A stretch of 64,000 nt of DNA from Cetorhinus maximus (taxonomy: Eukaryota): contig NC_135901.1 in the NCBI RefSeq assembly GCF_964194155.1, positions 37,634,001 to 37,698,000 on the forward strand, given 5' to 3'. Below are positions 26,133 through 39,506 of this stretch, piece after piece; within the stretch, counting starts at the first letter, position 1; each line of letters starts with the position of its first letter. The translations under genes and the position numbers were made by a program. The notes beneath the pieces were generated by a model. The model had not been told where the DNA came from, did no database searches, and saw only the letters and a program-made list of their open reading frames with translations.

Positions 26133-26759
26133 CTATTGTTTTTAAACTTTGTTGCTTTCATGGTGATCCCCAGCTCTCCATTCCTCCGGCAGTGTCACTG
26201 CTCAAACTGAGTCTTTCTCCAGCCCACTTGGTTAATCTCACAGAGATTCAGACAATGCGGGGAGGCCACTCCCTGACCGCCCGCCACAGGGTCAGGAACT
26301 GGGCGAGTGGCTTTAGGGTCTGAATAAGATCCAACAGGGAGTCCCCTCCTGTGTCCTGCTGGACGGCAGCTGGGGTCAGTCTGAGGACCTGAATAAGAGT
26401 CACAGGAGCTGGAGAACTGAACTCAGACAGAGCACAGGGAGGGAGAAAACTGGGAGTGGAGGAAGGAAATGGTGGAGATGGTGCGATGGGTTTGGATTTC
26501 AGCAGAGTGAAGATGGAGAGCGTGTCGGGTGGAGATTCGCAGCTTTGGGGGAACAATTGAGGAAAAAAATGTTCCACAGCAATGAGAATTGTCTGTTCTG
26601 AATTTCTATCCTGTACTGACAGTGAATAATTCTGTAAACTCCATTTGCAGGATATTGGAGGGAGAGGATTTGCAGAGAGGAGACTCCAAACAAGAACCTT
26701 GGCCCGAATTTACAGCAGGGTTCTCAAACAGAGGGCTGTGATTCTCGGTGAGGTCGAGA

Positions 26760-27020
26760 GCTTAGTGATATTGTCACTAGGTTTGTATTTTGGAAACTCA
26801 GGGTAATGTTTTCGGGACCTGAGTTCGAATCCCATCATTGCAGATGGTGAAATTTAAATTCAATAAAAATCTGGAATTAAATATCTGATGTAACCGTTGT
26901 TTATTGTAATTTTAAAAAACCATCTGGTTCACTTATGCCCTTTAGGGAAGGAAATCTGCCATTCTGGGCAATAAATGCTGGCCCAGCCAGTGACACCCAC
27001 ATCCCATGAATGAGTAATAT
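26760..27020 (+). mobile_element. tRNA-derived SINE with a LINE-shared 3' tail
   Basis: B box GAGTTCGAATCCC, core CTGGTTCACT..GCCCTTTAGGGAAGGAAATCTGCC, and tail GGGCAATAAATGCTGGCCCAGCCAG..CCCATGAATG nearly identical to the 3' end of the LINE at 21775. Confidence 0.8.
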
Positions 27021-27039
27021 TAAAAAGGCAGTTAGGCAC

Positions 27040-27381
<342 letters not shown>

Positions 27382-27829
27382 TTACGACATATTGGCCGAC
27401 TCCATCAAATCCTGATGTGATGTTTGGCTTCAGTTTCCCTCCGCTTCTGATACCCTGTGAAATTGATTGACAACAGACAAAAGAGAGTGAGAGAGAACGC
27501 ACAAAAACACAAAGGCAGGTTGTGCGATTGCCCTGAATGAATCTGGTAATTTGTGGGGCTGGCACTAGGAAAAAATGACCATGAAAACTGCTGAATTTTC
27601 ATAAAAACCCAACAGGTTCACTGATGTCCTTCAGGGAAGGGAACCAGTCACCCGGTCTGGGCCCACACAAGACTCTGGTCTATGTGGGAGGAGAGAAAGA
27701 TGGGGCATGGGAAACGGACTATGTAAATCTGCAACACAACCAGAATGTTGACAGAATCAACCCAACTCACAACCCACAGCACCCAGAATACAAGGGCAGC
27801 TGATGCATGGGAAAACCATCATCTCCAGG

Positions 27830-28075
27830 ACACACATCAGCGAGTTCACACTGGGGAGAGGCCACTCACCTGCTCCGTGTGTGAGAAGGGATTTAACTGA
27901 TCATCCAACTGCTGAGAAACCAGCGAGTTCACGAGTGACAGCAGGGGTTGGATTCTGCTGTTATTGCTGCCGTTAATCACATTCAGGGCTGAACCATGTT
28001 CATTCTGACAATTGGGGTTTGTTTCTGCTGATGTTAATAATCCATGTAACTCGGATAGAACTTAATGTTCTGATA
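27830..28075 (+). pseudogene. Terminal zinc finger plus 3' UTR fragment
   Basis: [20 protein letters not shown]... followed by the family 3' UTR (TTAATCACAT..CTGAACCATGTTCATT). Confidence 0.8.
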
Positions 28076-28189
28076 ATTCACTTGTTTTACTTTGTAACCT
28101 TTATTCTTCAAATTAAGTATCTTTCTTCTGGCTGTTCTCAAGGTTTTGAAAAATGAAACCAAACAGTGATTTATTTGTACTTCTTGCAG

Positions 28190-28480
28190 TTTAGTTACTG
28201 TATTCACTGCTCACGATGCGATCTGCTCTACATTGGGAAGACTAAACACAGATTGGGTGATCACTTTGTGGAACAACCTCCGTTCAGGCTGTGAGCTTGA
28301 TCCTGAGCTTCCGGTCACTTGTCATTTTAATTCTCCGCCCCACTCCCACTCTGACCTCTCTGTCTTTGGCCTCTTGCACTGTTCCAATGAAGCTCAATGG
28401 GAGCTTGAGGAACAGCAGCTCATCTTTCAATTCGGCACTTTACACCCTTCCAAACTCAACTTCGAGTTCAGCAGTTTCTG
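28190..28480 (+). mobile_element. Penelope GIY-YIG fragment
   Basis: YCIHCSRCDLLYIG...PVTCHFNSPPHSHSDLSVFGLLHC..EEQQLIF. Confidence 0.85.
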
Positions 28481-29639
28481 CACCAACAGAGAGTTGTCAG
28501 GATCTGGAACACCCTACCTGGAAAGGTGCTGGAACCTGATTCTATCAGGAATTTTAGAAGGGAGTTGACAAGAATTTGAGATTGAGGAACTTACAGGGTA
28601 ACAAACAGGAAGAGGGTGTGTGGGACTAAATACGACTGCTCTTTCAAAGAGACAGCACAAGCACAAAGGGTTGAATGGCCTCCTTGTGTGCTGTAAGTTT
28701 CTATGATTCGAGGAGTTGGCCATTTAGCCCCTCGAGCCTGTCCTACCATTAGCTGATGGTATAAGGATTAGATTGAAGGTTATGGACAATATAGACAGGA
28801 CAAATGCAGGAAGAACTTTTTACACAGTGAGTCGTAATAACCCAGAACTCACTGCCTAGGAGGCAAATGGAAGCAGACATGAGCAGTGATTTGAAATGGA
28901 GATTGAATGTCGAGGGAAATAAACTTGCAGGGCCTTGGGGATACAGGAGGGGAATGGGACAGACTGGATTGCTCTAGAGAGCTTGCAGAACTCAATAAGC
29001 TGAATGGCTTCTTTCTGTGCTCTAATTACTCGGACTCATTTGTTTACTGTCTCCTCATAATTTAAATTTTGGAGTGCAGGTATCATTCAGGTAAATCTGC
29101 ACTGCACTCCCACTAAGTCCAATACAGTCTATCCTTCCTAAGGTGTGCTGCCCAGAATTGAACACAGTATTCCTGTTCTGATCAAAGGTCATGTTGAACT
29201 GAAACGCTAACTCTGTTTCTCGCCACAGATGCTGCCTGACCTGCTGAGCATTTCCAGCATTTTTTTATTTTTATTGCAGTAGCTCAGGTGCGGTCTAACC
29301 TGGATTTTGAATATCTCGGTGCTTTTTCAGTCACATCGATACCTGAAACTTTTTCTGACAAACAGAACAGACAAACCTTTTTCCTTCCACAGTCAAAGTC
29401 CAGTAAGATTCAGGTTCTGATGAATCCAGTTACTCCGTCAGATGTTAATGTGAAGTTTGGATGGAATTTCCCGCCTGCAAATCCTTCCCATTGAAAATCC
29501 TGTAAAAGGATTATTTTAAAAATCCATCCCTGTCAGTCCAGGATAGAAATTGAGAGACAAACATTTCTCTGGGTTTGAGTTAGTGTGTGTAAATCCTCCC
29601 CTTCTAAGCCCCTGTAAAAGGAGTTTCCAAACACTCGGT

Positions 29640-30310
29640 GTAAACTGGGCTCCGGGAGTTTCTAATCCGGGTGTGGAGTCCTACACCGGGTGTTTGTGAA
29701 CCCTCCCAGTCCACCCTCCGGCTCCATTCCTCTCCTGCACTCGTCCCCTTCTCATCGCCAGGACCTTCAGCTGCATCGCCTTCATCCCGGTCCTGCACCG
29801 GCAATGCGCATCCTTCACTCTCAGCCGGCTCCGCCCCCTCATTCACTCCGATTGGTTGGAGGACCAGCGGCTCCCCCTCGGTCATGCCGGCGCACCATCC
29901 TCTTCCTATTGGTCGGAGCTGCCGTCAATCATTCTGAGATGGAGCATGCGCAGTCCGTTGGAACAGACGGTAAGTGAGCTCGAGCGAGCGGAATTATAAT
30001 GCGGGTTTTAGAAAGATCGAGTGCGAATTCAGAGCCGAAAGTAAAACCGTGAACATGGAGAGGGCCAACGGGTAGGTTGGGAGGCTTCATAAACTCACGG
30101 TGTCGGCCCCAAACCCTCAATAAGGAGCCATCGTTTCCGCGTTTAGATGGACGAAGGCTGAGGCCTATTTTCCGGAAATAGGCCCCAGCTAACGGCCGCC
30201 ATCTTTCTAGGGGGCAATGAGCATCTGTGAGCTTGTGCGGCCGCCATCTTTGTGAAGGGCAAGGTGCAACAGGGCGCATGCGTGGCCGCCACCTTCAAAG
30301 CGGCTGCTAT
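29640..30310. promoter_or_regulatory. CpG island, probably a bidirectional promoter with a first-exon donor
   Basis: Two CCAAT boxes (ATTGG), GC box CTCCGCCCC, GCATGCGCA, two to three GGCCGCCATCTT-type motifs, and a + strand donor ACG|GTAAGT at ~29969. Confidence 0.65.
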
Positions 30311-30555
30311 CACGGATGAATGACCTGCAGGAGGGACAGTAAATCAGAGATAGAGTTTGGTGTGAAATCAATGGGTTGTTGTAAAACAGGAGATCAGGGT
30401 AACAGTCAGAAACAACAACAACTTCTATTAACATCATAAATCATCCCAGTGAGTTTCACAGGGAAATTATAAAACAAAGTGTGACACCCAGAGGCATAAG
30501 GAGATATTAGAGCAGGTGACCAGAAGCTTGGGGAAAGAGTTTGAAGCAGTGTTAA

Positions 30556-31366
30556 ATAGTCACTTGTTTCAACAGAATTTGATTATTACTGAAAAAAGAG
30601 ACAAGCTGTAGAAACTTTTCGACTTGCGCTCATCAGGACAGACACAAGAATATCAAATTTCAAAGGGAACAACAATTTATACTGCATGAGAAAAGGGATT
30701 GGTTGGCCAGTCAGCTTTGATTGGTCATTGCCATGGAGAATGCACCATGGAGCTATTGTCCCCCATGATTTTGTTTAATTCAATACAAGGTGTGATGTCT
30801 TTTTCTTGTTCATGGGATGTGCCCATTATTGCCCATCTCAAATTACCCTTGTTCAAAGGGCATTTAAGAGCCAACCACATTGCTGTGAGTCTGGAGTCAC
30901 ATGTAGACCAAACAGACAAGGACGGCAGATTTCTTTCCTGAAAGGACATTAGTGAACCAGATGGGTTTTTACGACAATTGGCAATGGCTTCATGGTCATC
31001 ACCGCCATCTGCCATGGTGCGATTCGAATCTGGGTTTCCAGAGCATTACCCTGGGTCTCTGGAATACTCGCCTAGTGAAAATACCACTATGCCACCCCCT
31101 CCCCTTAAAGTATCCTCAAGCCAGGTAGTAGTCAAGTCTACAATCTTCGGATCCATAGGCAGACGCATTATCCACTGGCCCTGGTCATGTTCCTTCTGCC
31201 TGGAAGGGACAGTTCACTCTGCATGAGTATATGTAGTTTCTAGCAAGTGTAAATGAGTCACATTACGAGACTGACCGATAATCTTTGAAATTTGATGTTC
31301 TTGCGTTTGTCCTGATGAGGACAAGATAAAAAGCTGTGACAGAATGTCTCTTTTTTTTAGCAATAT
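30556..31366. mobile_element. Second Penelope-type remnant with inverted termini carrying hammerhead motifs; SINE inserted inside (~30820-31095, -)
   Basis: 30585-30664 and 31283-31365 are inverted copies, each containing TGTCCTGATGA..AAAAG(C/T)T..ACA. The element interrupts an L2 fragment. Confidence 0.65.
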
Positions 31367-31369
31367 TCA

Positions 31370-32190
31370 AGTGTCTTAAAGGAGGAAGGTGTAGCAGACA
31401 GAGGGAGAGATTTTGAAAGTTTGGGGATGAGGGTACTGAAGGCATGGTCACTAATGGTGGAGTGATTAAAATAGAAAATTCGAGCAGTGCAGATATCTTA
31501 GAGGGTTGTGGGGCTGGAGGATATTGCAGAGATAGGGAAAGATGTTGTCCACATAGACTACATCAACTCCACTACCCTTATTTGGGATTTAAAAACAAGG
31601 ATGAGAATTTTAAAAACAAGTTGTTTTTTGACCGGGAGCCAAGGCAGGTGAGGAAGCAGAGGGATGTTAGGGGAACGGGACTCGCTGCGAGTGAAGACAC
31701 AGACAGCAAACGTTTGGATGGCTTCAGGTTTACAGAGGGAAGAATGTGGGAGATCCGCGCAGTGTAGCTCCCACATTCTCCCCTCTGTAAACCTGAAGCC
31801 ATCCAAACACCACATGGACTGCAGCGGTTCAAGAAGGCAGCTCACCACCGCCTTGTCAAGGGCAACTCAGGATGGGCAATAAATGCTGACCCAGCCAGCG
31901 AAGCCCACATCCCCGGAATGAATGAAAAAAAGTGTGTTGGAATAGTCGTTCGCGTCTGGTGGTAGCAACAGCAGGGATGAGGGTTTCAGCGGCAGATGCA
32001 CTAAGACAGGGTGAGGTCGGGTGATGTTACAGAGGTGGGAACAGGTGATCTTAGTGGTGGCACAGATTTGAGGTCAGAAGCTTACCTTGAGATGAAATGT
32101 AACACCGAAGTTGTGAAGAGACTGGCTTAATCCAAGACTCTTCCCAGGGAGAGGGATGGAGTTGGTATGTAGGGAAATGGAGATTGGAGC
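31370..32190 (-). mobile_element. L2 3' fragment containing a short LINE-tail insertion (31808-31930)
   Basis: LHWLPVKQ-like LPWLPVKKQLVFKILILVFKS motif on the minus strand. Confidence 0.8.
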
Positions 32191-32204
32191 AGGGACCAGA
32201 AAAG

Positions 32205-33520
32205 TCATAGATGGTCCTTTAGTTATACAGCACAGAAACAGGCCCTTCGGCCCATCATGTCTGTGCCTGCCACCAAGCACCTATCTATTCTAATCCCATT
32301 TTCCAGCACATGGCCCATAGTCCTGTGTGCTCTGGCGTTTCCAATATTCATCTAAATACTTCTTAAATGTTGTGAGGCCTCCTGCCTCTACCACTCCCTC
32401 AGGCAGCTTGTTCCAGATTCCAGCCACCCTCTGGGTGAAATAATCCCTCCTCAAATCTCTTCTAAACCTCCTGCCCCTTACCTTAAATCTATGCCCCCTG
32501 GTTATTGACACCTCCACTAAGGGGAAAACTTTCTTCCTATCTATGCCCCCCCTCATAACTTTGTTTACCTCAATCAGGTCCCCCCTCAGCCTTCTCTGCT
32601 CTAAGGAAAACAACCCTAGCCTATCCAGTCTCTCTTCATAGCTGAAACGCTCCAGCCCAGGCAACATCCTGGTGAATCTCCTCTGCACCCTCTCCAGTGC
32701 AATCACATCCTTCCTATAGTGTGGCAACCAGAACTGCACACAGTACTCCAGCTATGGTCTAACTAGCGTTTTATACAGCTCCAACATAACCTCCCTGCTC
32801 TTATACTCTATGCCTTGGCTAATAAAGGCAAGTATCCCATATGCCTTCTTAACCACCTCGTCTATCTGTGCTGCTAATCAGAGGTCTATGGACATGTACA
32901 CCAAGGTCCCTCTGATCCTCTGTACTTCCTAGGGTCCTACAATTCATTGTGTATTCCCTTGCTGTTCCAAAAATGCATCACCTCACACTTTTCAGGAATA
33001 AATTCCGTTTGCCACCTCTCTGCCCATCTTATCAGCCCATCTATATCATCCTGTAATCTAAGGCTTTCCTCCTCACCATTTACAACATGACCAATTTGCG
33101 TGTCATTTGCGAACTCCTATGCTCACGTCTAAACCATTAATGTACACTAGAAACAGCAAGGGTCCCAGCACCAATCCCTGCAGCATACTACATATCACAG
33201 GCTTCAAATCGCAAAAACAACCTTCGACCATCACCCTCTGCCTCCTGACACTGAGCCAATTTTGGATCCAAATTGCCCTAGATCCCATGGGTTCTTACCT
33301 TCTTGACCATTTTCCCATGTGGGACCTTGTCAAAAGCCTAACTGAAGTTCATGTAGACTACATCAACTGCACTACCCTCATCGACACAACTAGACACCTC
33401 GAAAAATTCAATCAAATTTATTGGACATGATCTCCCCCTGACAAAGTCATGCTGACTATCCCTGATTAATCGCTGCCTCTCCAAGTGGAGATTAATCCTG
33501 TCCCTCAGAATTTTTTCCAA
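32205..33520 (-). mobile_element. CR1 LINE 3' portion
   Basis: QFWLPHYRKDVIALERVQRRFTRMLPGL..YEERLDRLGLFSLEQRRLRGDLIEV; QGLVLGPLLFLVYIN. Confidence 0.92.
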
Positions 33521-34149
33521 TTAAAAGTGTCTTCAGTCTTCTCAGTGTTTAATTGGAGTTAATTAGTCATCAGGAAGAGAAGCAGGAACCAGAATGGGCC
33601 ATGAGACTGATCCCAGGTTTCACTCAGTTAGCGAGGGAGAGAAGGAAGGAAGGAAACCCTGGGAGGTTTGGAGAAACCACCTTCACGATCACTCATTAAA
33701 TCACCACACAGTAAGTTTTGGACACAAGGTTAACGTTTGCTATTCTGTCTGGTCGGTCAGGGGGTTTCAGATTAATGTTTTGTCATGAGTAATGACTGAA
33801 GTGAATGATCAAACATATTGTTATCACCAGTTGTAGGAATTTGTTAAAAAGATACAGAAAGAATTGTCCAAATCTCTGTTTGGATTTCAGCACAGGGAGG
33901 AGGAAGAGTGTGTGGGACGGGGATTTGTAGCTTTGGGGAAACAAGAGAGGAAGAAATGTTCCATGAATTGTCTGTTCTGAATTTCTATCCTGTTCTTACA
34001 GTGATGACTTTTGTAAACTCCTTTTGCAGAGAATTAGAAGGGGAGAATTTGCAGACGGGAAACTCAAACCAAATATCAGTTCAAGATCTGATAAAGTCAC
34101 TTGATTCATCAGGACCTGAAAATCATCGTCTTTGACTGTGGAAGGAGAA

Positions 34150-35231
34150 ATGTTTGTCAGTTCTGTCTGTGGGAAAAGATTTCAAACATCAGTGTGACTG
34201 GAAAAGCACCGAGACACACACACACCCGAGTGAGAGTGTTCCAGTGAACTGACTGTGGAAAGAGCTTTAAACAGTTACACAGCCTGAAAAAAAATCACAC
34301 CATTCACAGCGGGGAGAAACTGTACACGTGTTCTCTGTGTGTGGACGAGTCTTCAATTGATCGCCCAACCTGGAGAGACACAGGGACACCAACACCATGG
34401 AGAAACCGTGGAAATGTGGGGACTGTGGGAAGGGATTCAATTGTCCTTCCCATCTGGAAACGCAGTCACACTGGGGAGAGGCCGTTCTCCTGCCCCGAGT
34501 GTGGGAAGGGTTTCACTCAGTCATCTCAACTTCTAGCACACCAGCAGTTACACACTGGAGAGAAACCGCTCACCTGTTCCGAGTGTGGGAAGCGATTCAC
34601 ACAGTTAACCAGCCTACTGAGACACCAGCTAGTTCACACGGGAAAGAGACCGTTCACCTGCCCTGTATGTGGGAAAGGATTCACTGGGTCCTCTGACCTG
34701 CTGAAGCACCAGTGAGTTCACACTGAGGAGAGGCCGTTCAGCTGTACTTCCTGTGGAGAGAGATTCAGGTCTTCATCCAACCTCAATGCACACCAGTGAA
34801 TTCACACTGGGGAGAGGCCATTCAGTTACCCTGAGTGTGGGAAGAAATTCACTCAGTCATCCGCACTGTGGACACACCAGCGGGTTGACTCTGGAGAGAG
34901 GCAGTTCACCTGCACGGTATGTGGGAAGGGATTCACTGGGTCCTCTGACCTGCAGCAGCACCAGCAAACTCACACTGAGCAGAGGCCGTTCAGTTGTAAC
35001 TTCTGTGGAAAGAGATTTGGGTATTTTTGCAACTTGTTGAGACACCAGCGACTTCACACGGGAGAGAAGCCGTTCACCTGCTCCATTTGTTGGAAGGGAT
35101 TCACTCAGTTTTCCAACCTGGTGACTCACCAGCGAGTTTACACTGGAGAGAGGCCGTTCACCTGCTCCGAGTGTGGGAAGGGATTCACTCAGACATCCCA
35201 GCTGCTGAAACACAAGCGAGTTCACAAGTGA
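34150..35231 (+). pseudogene. Multi-finger C2H2 zinc-finger pseudogene (~11 fingers)
   Basis: Finger repeats spread over several frames with CGA>TGA stops and indels; acceptor CTCCTTTTGCAG at ~34029. Confidence 0.88.
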
Positions 35232-35761
35232 CTGCAGGAGTTGGATTCTGCTGTCGTTGCTGCTGTTAATCACATCCAGGACTGAACAGTGTTCATTTTG
35301 ACAGTTGGGGTTTGTTTCTGCTGATGTTGATAATCGCTGTTACTGGGCTGGAGTTTAATATTATGGATCTATAGCTGATTGTGTTCTCGGGCTGCAGTGT
35401 CCCTTTAAGAACCGCTGTCTCTGATCTTTCCCCACAATTCAGGAACTCGGATCAGAAATTACTTTACAACAAGATTCTGAACTTTTACTTCAATCCTAAA
35501 TTGATCTTTGGTACGAACTCTACAATTCAGTGTCTGAGAGGTTCCACTGATTAACATCTCCAATTAGAAAGTGCTGACTAATCCTTGCTGACAATTCTTA
35601 CTGACTTGTACATTACTCACAGTGACACCTCCATTATCCACCAGAAAGAAGGGGAATGGGAATTGGTGGAGAATCGAGAGTTCCCAAATGTTACCCCTCC
35701 CGCCTGATACAGAAATCCCCTCGGCACAGGAATGAAGACAAGTTCAATCCAAGTAACGGAC

Positions 35762-35940
35762 TGTAAGAAATCACTGTCTAATAACCTTATAAGATCTTCA
35801 GAAATTTATGGAATATTACAGAAATAGCTCACTCTCTGTCTTATGAAGAAAGCTTCCATAGCTTGCTAGCTGACAAACACAGGACAGGCCTGTTATCTCT
35901 GCCAAGGACATGTCTCTCACACAGACCCTGAAACAAGACA
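35762..35940 (+). mobile_element. Partial LTR, related to 62584-62740
   Basis: Starts TGTAAGAAATCACTGTC..CCTTATAA..TCTTCAGAAAT, as does the copy following the PPT at 62.58 kb. Confidence 0.55.
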
Positions 35941-35944
35941 TTTC

Positions 35945-38900
35945 TCTTGCAATGGAGGCTAACATACCCTTTGCCTTCCTAATTGCTTGCTGCCCTTGCC
36001 TATTTACTTTCATTGACTGGTGTACAAGGACACCCAGATCCCTTTGTACATCCACATTTCCTAATATATCACCATTTAAATAATACTCTGCCTTTCTGTT
36101 TTTTCACACCAAAGCGTATAACTTCACCTTTATCCACGTTACACTGCATCTGCCATGTGTTTGCCCACACACACAACTTGTCTAAATTGCCCTGAAGCCT
36201 CCTTGCATCCTCTTCACAGCTCCGCCCAGTTTTGTGTCATCAGCAAACTTAGAAATATTGCATTTGGTTCCCTCATCCAAGTCATTTATATATATCATGA
36301 ATAGCTGGGGCACAAGCACTGATCCCTGCAGTACATCACTGCCTGCCACCTGGAAAAAGACCCATTTATTCCCACTCTCTGTTTCCGGTCTGTCAACCAA
36401 TTCTCAATCCATGCCAGTATATTACCCCCAATCCCATGTACTTTAATTTTGCCCAACAGAATCTCTTAAGTGGTATCTCATCAAAAGCCTTTTTGAAATC
36501 CAAATACACCACATCCACTGGTTCTCCTGTATCTATTCAACTAGTTACATCCTCAAAAAACTCCAGTAGATCAGTTAAGCATGATTTCCCTTTCATAAAC
36601 CCATGCTGACTTTGTCTAATCTCGTTAATGCTTTCCAAGTGTTCTGTTACCACACCTTTAACAATAGACTCTAGCATTTTCCCCACTACTAATGTTAGGC
36701 TAACTGTCTGTGATTCTCTGTTTTTTCTCTCCCTCTTTTTTAAATAGTGGGGTTACATTTGCCACCCTCCAATCTGTATGAACTGCTCCAGAGTCAAAAG
36801 AATTTTGGAATATGACCACCAATGCATCCAATATTTCCAGGGCCACTTCCTTTAGTGCTCTTGGATGTAGATTATCGGGCCCTGGGGAATTTTCAGCCTT
36901 TAACCCCATTAATTTCTCTTGCACCTTGTTTTTTAACTAATACTGATTTTCTTCAATTCCTCCCTCTCACTAGACTCTTGGTTCCCTAACATTTCTGGGA
37001 AATTATTTGTGCTTTCTTTGGTGAAGACAGAACAAAAAAATGTGTTCAATTCTTCTGCCATTTCTTTGTTCCCCATTATACTTTCCCCAGTTTCTGACTA
37101 TAAGGGACCTACATTTGTCTTTGCTAATCGTTTTCTCTTTATATTTTTACAGGTGCTTTTGCAGTCAGTTTTTTTATGTTACTTGCAAATTTACTATCAT
37201 ACTCCATTTTCCTCTTCTCAACCAATCTTTTTGTCCACTTTTGCTGAATTCTGAACTGCTCCCAATCCTCAGACTTGCTGCTTATTCTGGAAATCTTATA
37301 TGTCTCGTCTTTGGGTCTAATACGATCCATAATTTCTTTTTTAAGCCATGGTTGAGCCACCTTTCCTTTTTTTATTTTTGCGCCAGACAGGAATGAATAA
37401 TTGTTCTAATTCATGCATACGTTACTTAAATATTAGCCATTGCTTATCCACTGCCAACCCTTTTAGTAAGGTTCCCCAATCCATCAATGCCAACTCACAC
37501 CTCATACCTTGAAGTTCCCTTTGTTTAGATTCAGGACCCTAGTTTTGGATTCAACTTCTTCACCCTTGATCCTAATGAACAATTCTATCATTTTATGGTC
37601 GTTCTTCCCCAAGGGACCCCGAACAACAAGATTGTTAATTAATCCATTCTCATTGCACAATACCCAATCTAGGATAGCCTGCTCGTTCATTGGTTCCTCA
37701 ATGTATTGGTCTAAAAACCATCTTGCACACACTCCAGGAAATCGTCCTCCACAGTATTATAGCTAGTTTGGTTTGTCAAATCTATATGTCGATTAAAGTC
37801 ACCCATGATTACAGTTGTACCCTGATTACATGCGTCTCTAATTTCCTGCTTAATGCCTTCCCTTACATCTCCATTACTGTTTGGGGGCCTATAGACAACC
37901 CCCACCAACGTTGTCTGCCCCTTCGTGTTTCCTGTCTCCACTCAAACAGATTCCACATCGTGATTTTCCGTGCCAATATCCTTCCTCACTATTGCATTGA
38001 TTTCCTCCTTTACTAACAATGCTACCCCACCTCCTTTTCGATTTTTCTGTCCTCCCTAAATGTTGAATACCCTGGATGTTCAGTTCCCATCCTTGGTCAC
38101 CTTGCAGCCATGTCTCCATAATTGCAACTATATTATAACCGTTTATACCCATTTGCGCTGTTAATTCATCTACCTTATTGCGAATGCTCCGAGCATTAAG
38201 ATACAATGCCTTTGGACTTGTCTTTTTAACCTTGTTAGTCATCTTCGCTTTATTTTGTACTCTGATCCCATTTGTTTTTCGCCCTTGTTTTTTTGTGCTT
38301 CCACTTTTGCTCCTTACTTTCCTGTCTTTTGTTTCTATCCTTGTTTCCCCCTCCTCTGTCTCCCTGCTCAGGTTCCCATCCCCCTGCCATTCTAGTTTAA
38401 ACCCTCCTCGACCGCACTAGCAAATACCCCCCTGAGGACATTGGTCCCGGTCCTGCCCAGATGCCACCTGTCCTGTTGTACTGGCCACACCTTCCCCAGA
38501 ACCTGTCCCAATGTCCCAGGAACCTGAATCGCTCCCCCAAACCATTTCTTCAGCCATGTATTCATCTGATAGATTCTGTTATTTCTACTCTCACTAGTAC
38601 CTTTGAGGTCTGACTTTTTAATTTACGTCCTGACTCCCTGTATTCAGCTTGTAGGACCTCATCGCTTTTTTTTACCTATGTCGTTGGGACCAATTATGTG
38701 CCACTTCAATTGACTGTTCACCCTCCCCCTTCAGAATGTGCTGCAGCCTCTCTGAGACATCCTTGACCCTGGCACCAGGGAGGCAACATACCATCCTGGA
38801 GTCTCTTTTCCAGCTGCAGAAACGCCTGTCTGTTCTCCTTACTATTGAATCCTTTATCTCTATAGCCCTGCCACTCTTCTTCCTCCCCTCTTGTGCAGCA

Positions 38901-39500
38901 GCACCACCCGTGATGCCATGGACTTGGCTGCTGCTTCTTTCCCCTGAAAAGTTGTCTCCCCCAACAGTATCTAAAATGTTATATCTGTTAGAAAGGAGGG
39001 CAGCCACAGGGGACTCCTGTACTACCTGCATTCCTCTACTCTGCCTGGTGCCCTCCCTGCCTGTTCAGTCTTTACCAGTGGTGTGACCACCTCACTTCAA
39101 CGTGCTGTCCACAATAATCTCAGCTCCAGCTCCGAAATGTGGTTAGCCAGTAGCTGCAGCTGAACACACCTCCTGCACACATGGCCACCAGGAACACTGG
39201 AAGTGTCCATTACTTTCCACATAGTACAGGAGGAGCATATCACAGGTGCGAGCTCTGCTGCCATGATTTCCCTTTAGATTAAGCTTGTTAGTTACTCCCT
39301 TTAAAGAACACTAACTACGCTAGGGGCCTTATTCTACTGCAAACACTCCCACTCCAGTCCAAAGTCCTCACCTTATTTTGTTTAAACTAATGCACTGCAG
39401 CAGTTTAATTAGTAGAAAAAGTAGAATAACTCACCTGACCCTACTTAACAATCAGCTGTGTCCCCTGCATCGTGTCACTTTTTGAATCGTGACCACCTTG
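35945..39500 (-). mobile_element. Long CR1 LINE (ORF1 SGNH-esterase, ORF2 endonuclease and RT), decayed and 3'-truncated
   Basis: DSIVRRTDRRFC..CCLPGARV (ORF1), YLNARSIRNK, GVVYRPP, IMGDFN, SPGPDNLHPRALKE, QGSVLVPQLF, FADDTKL. Confidence 0.92.
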
Positions 39501-39506
39501 CGCCAC

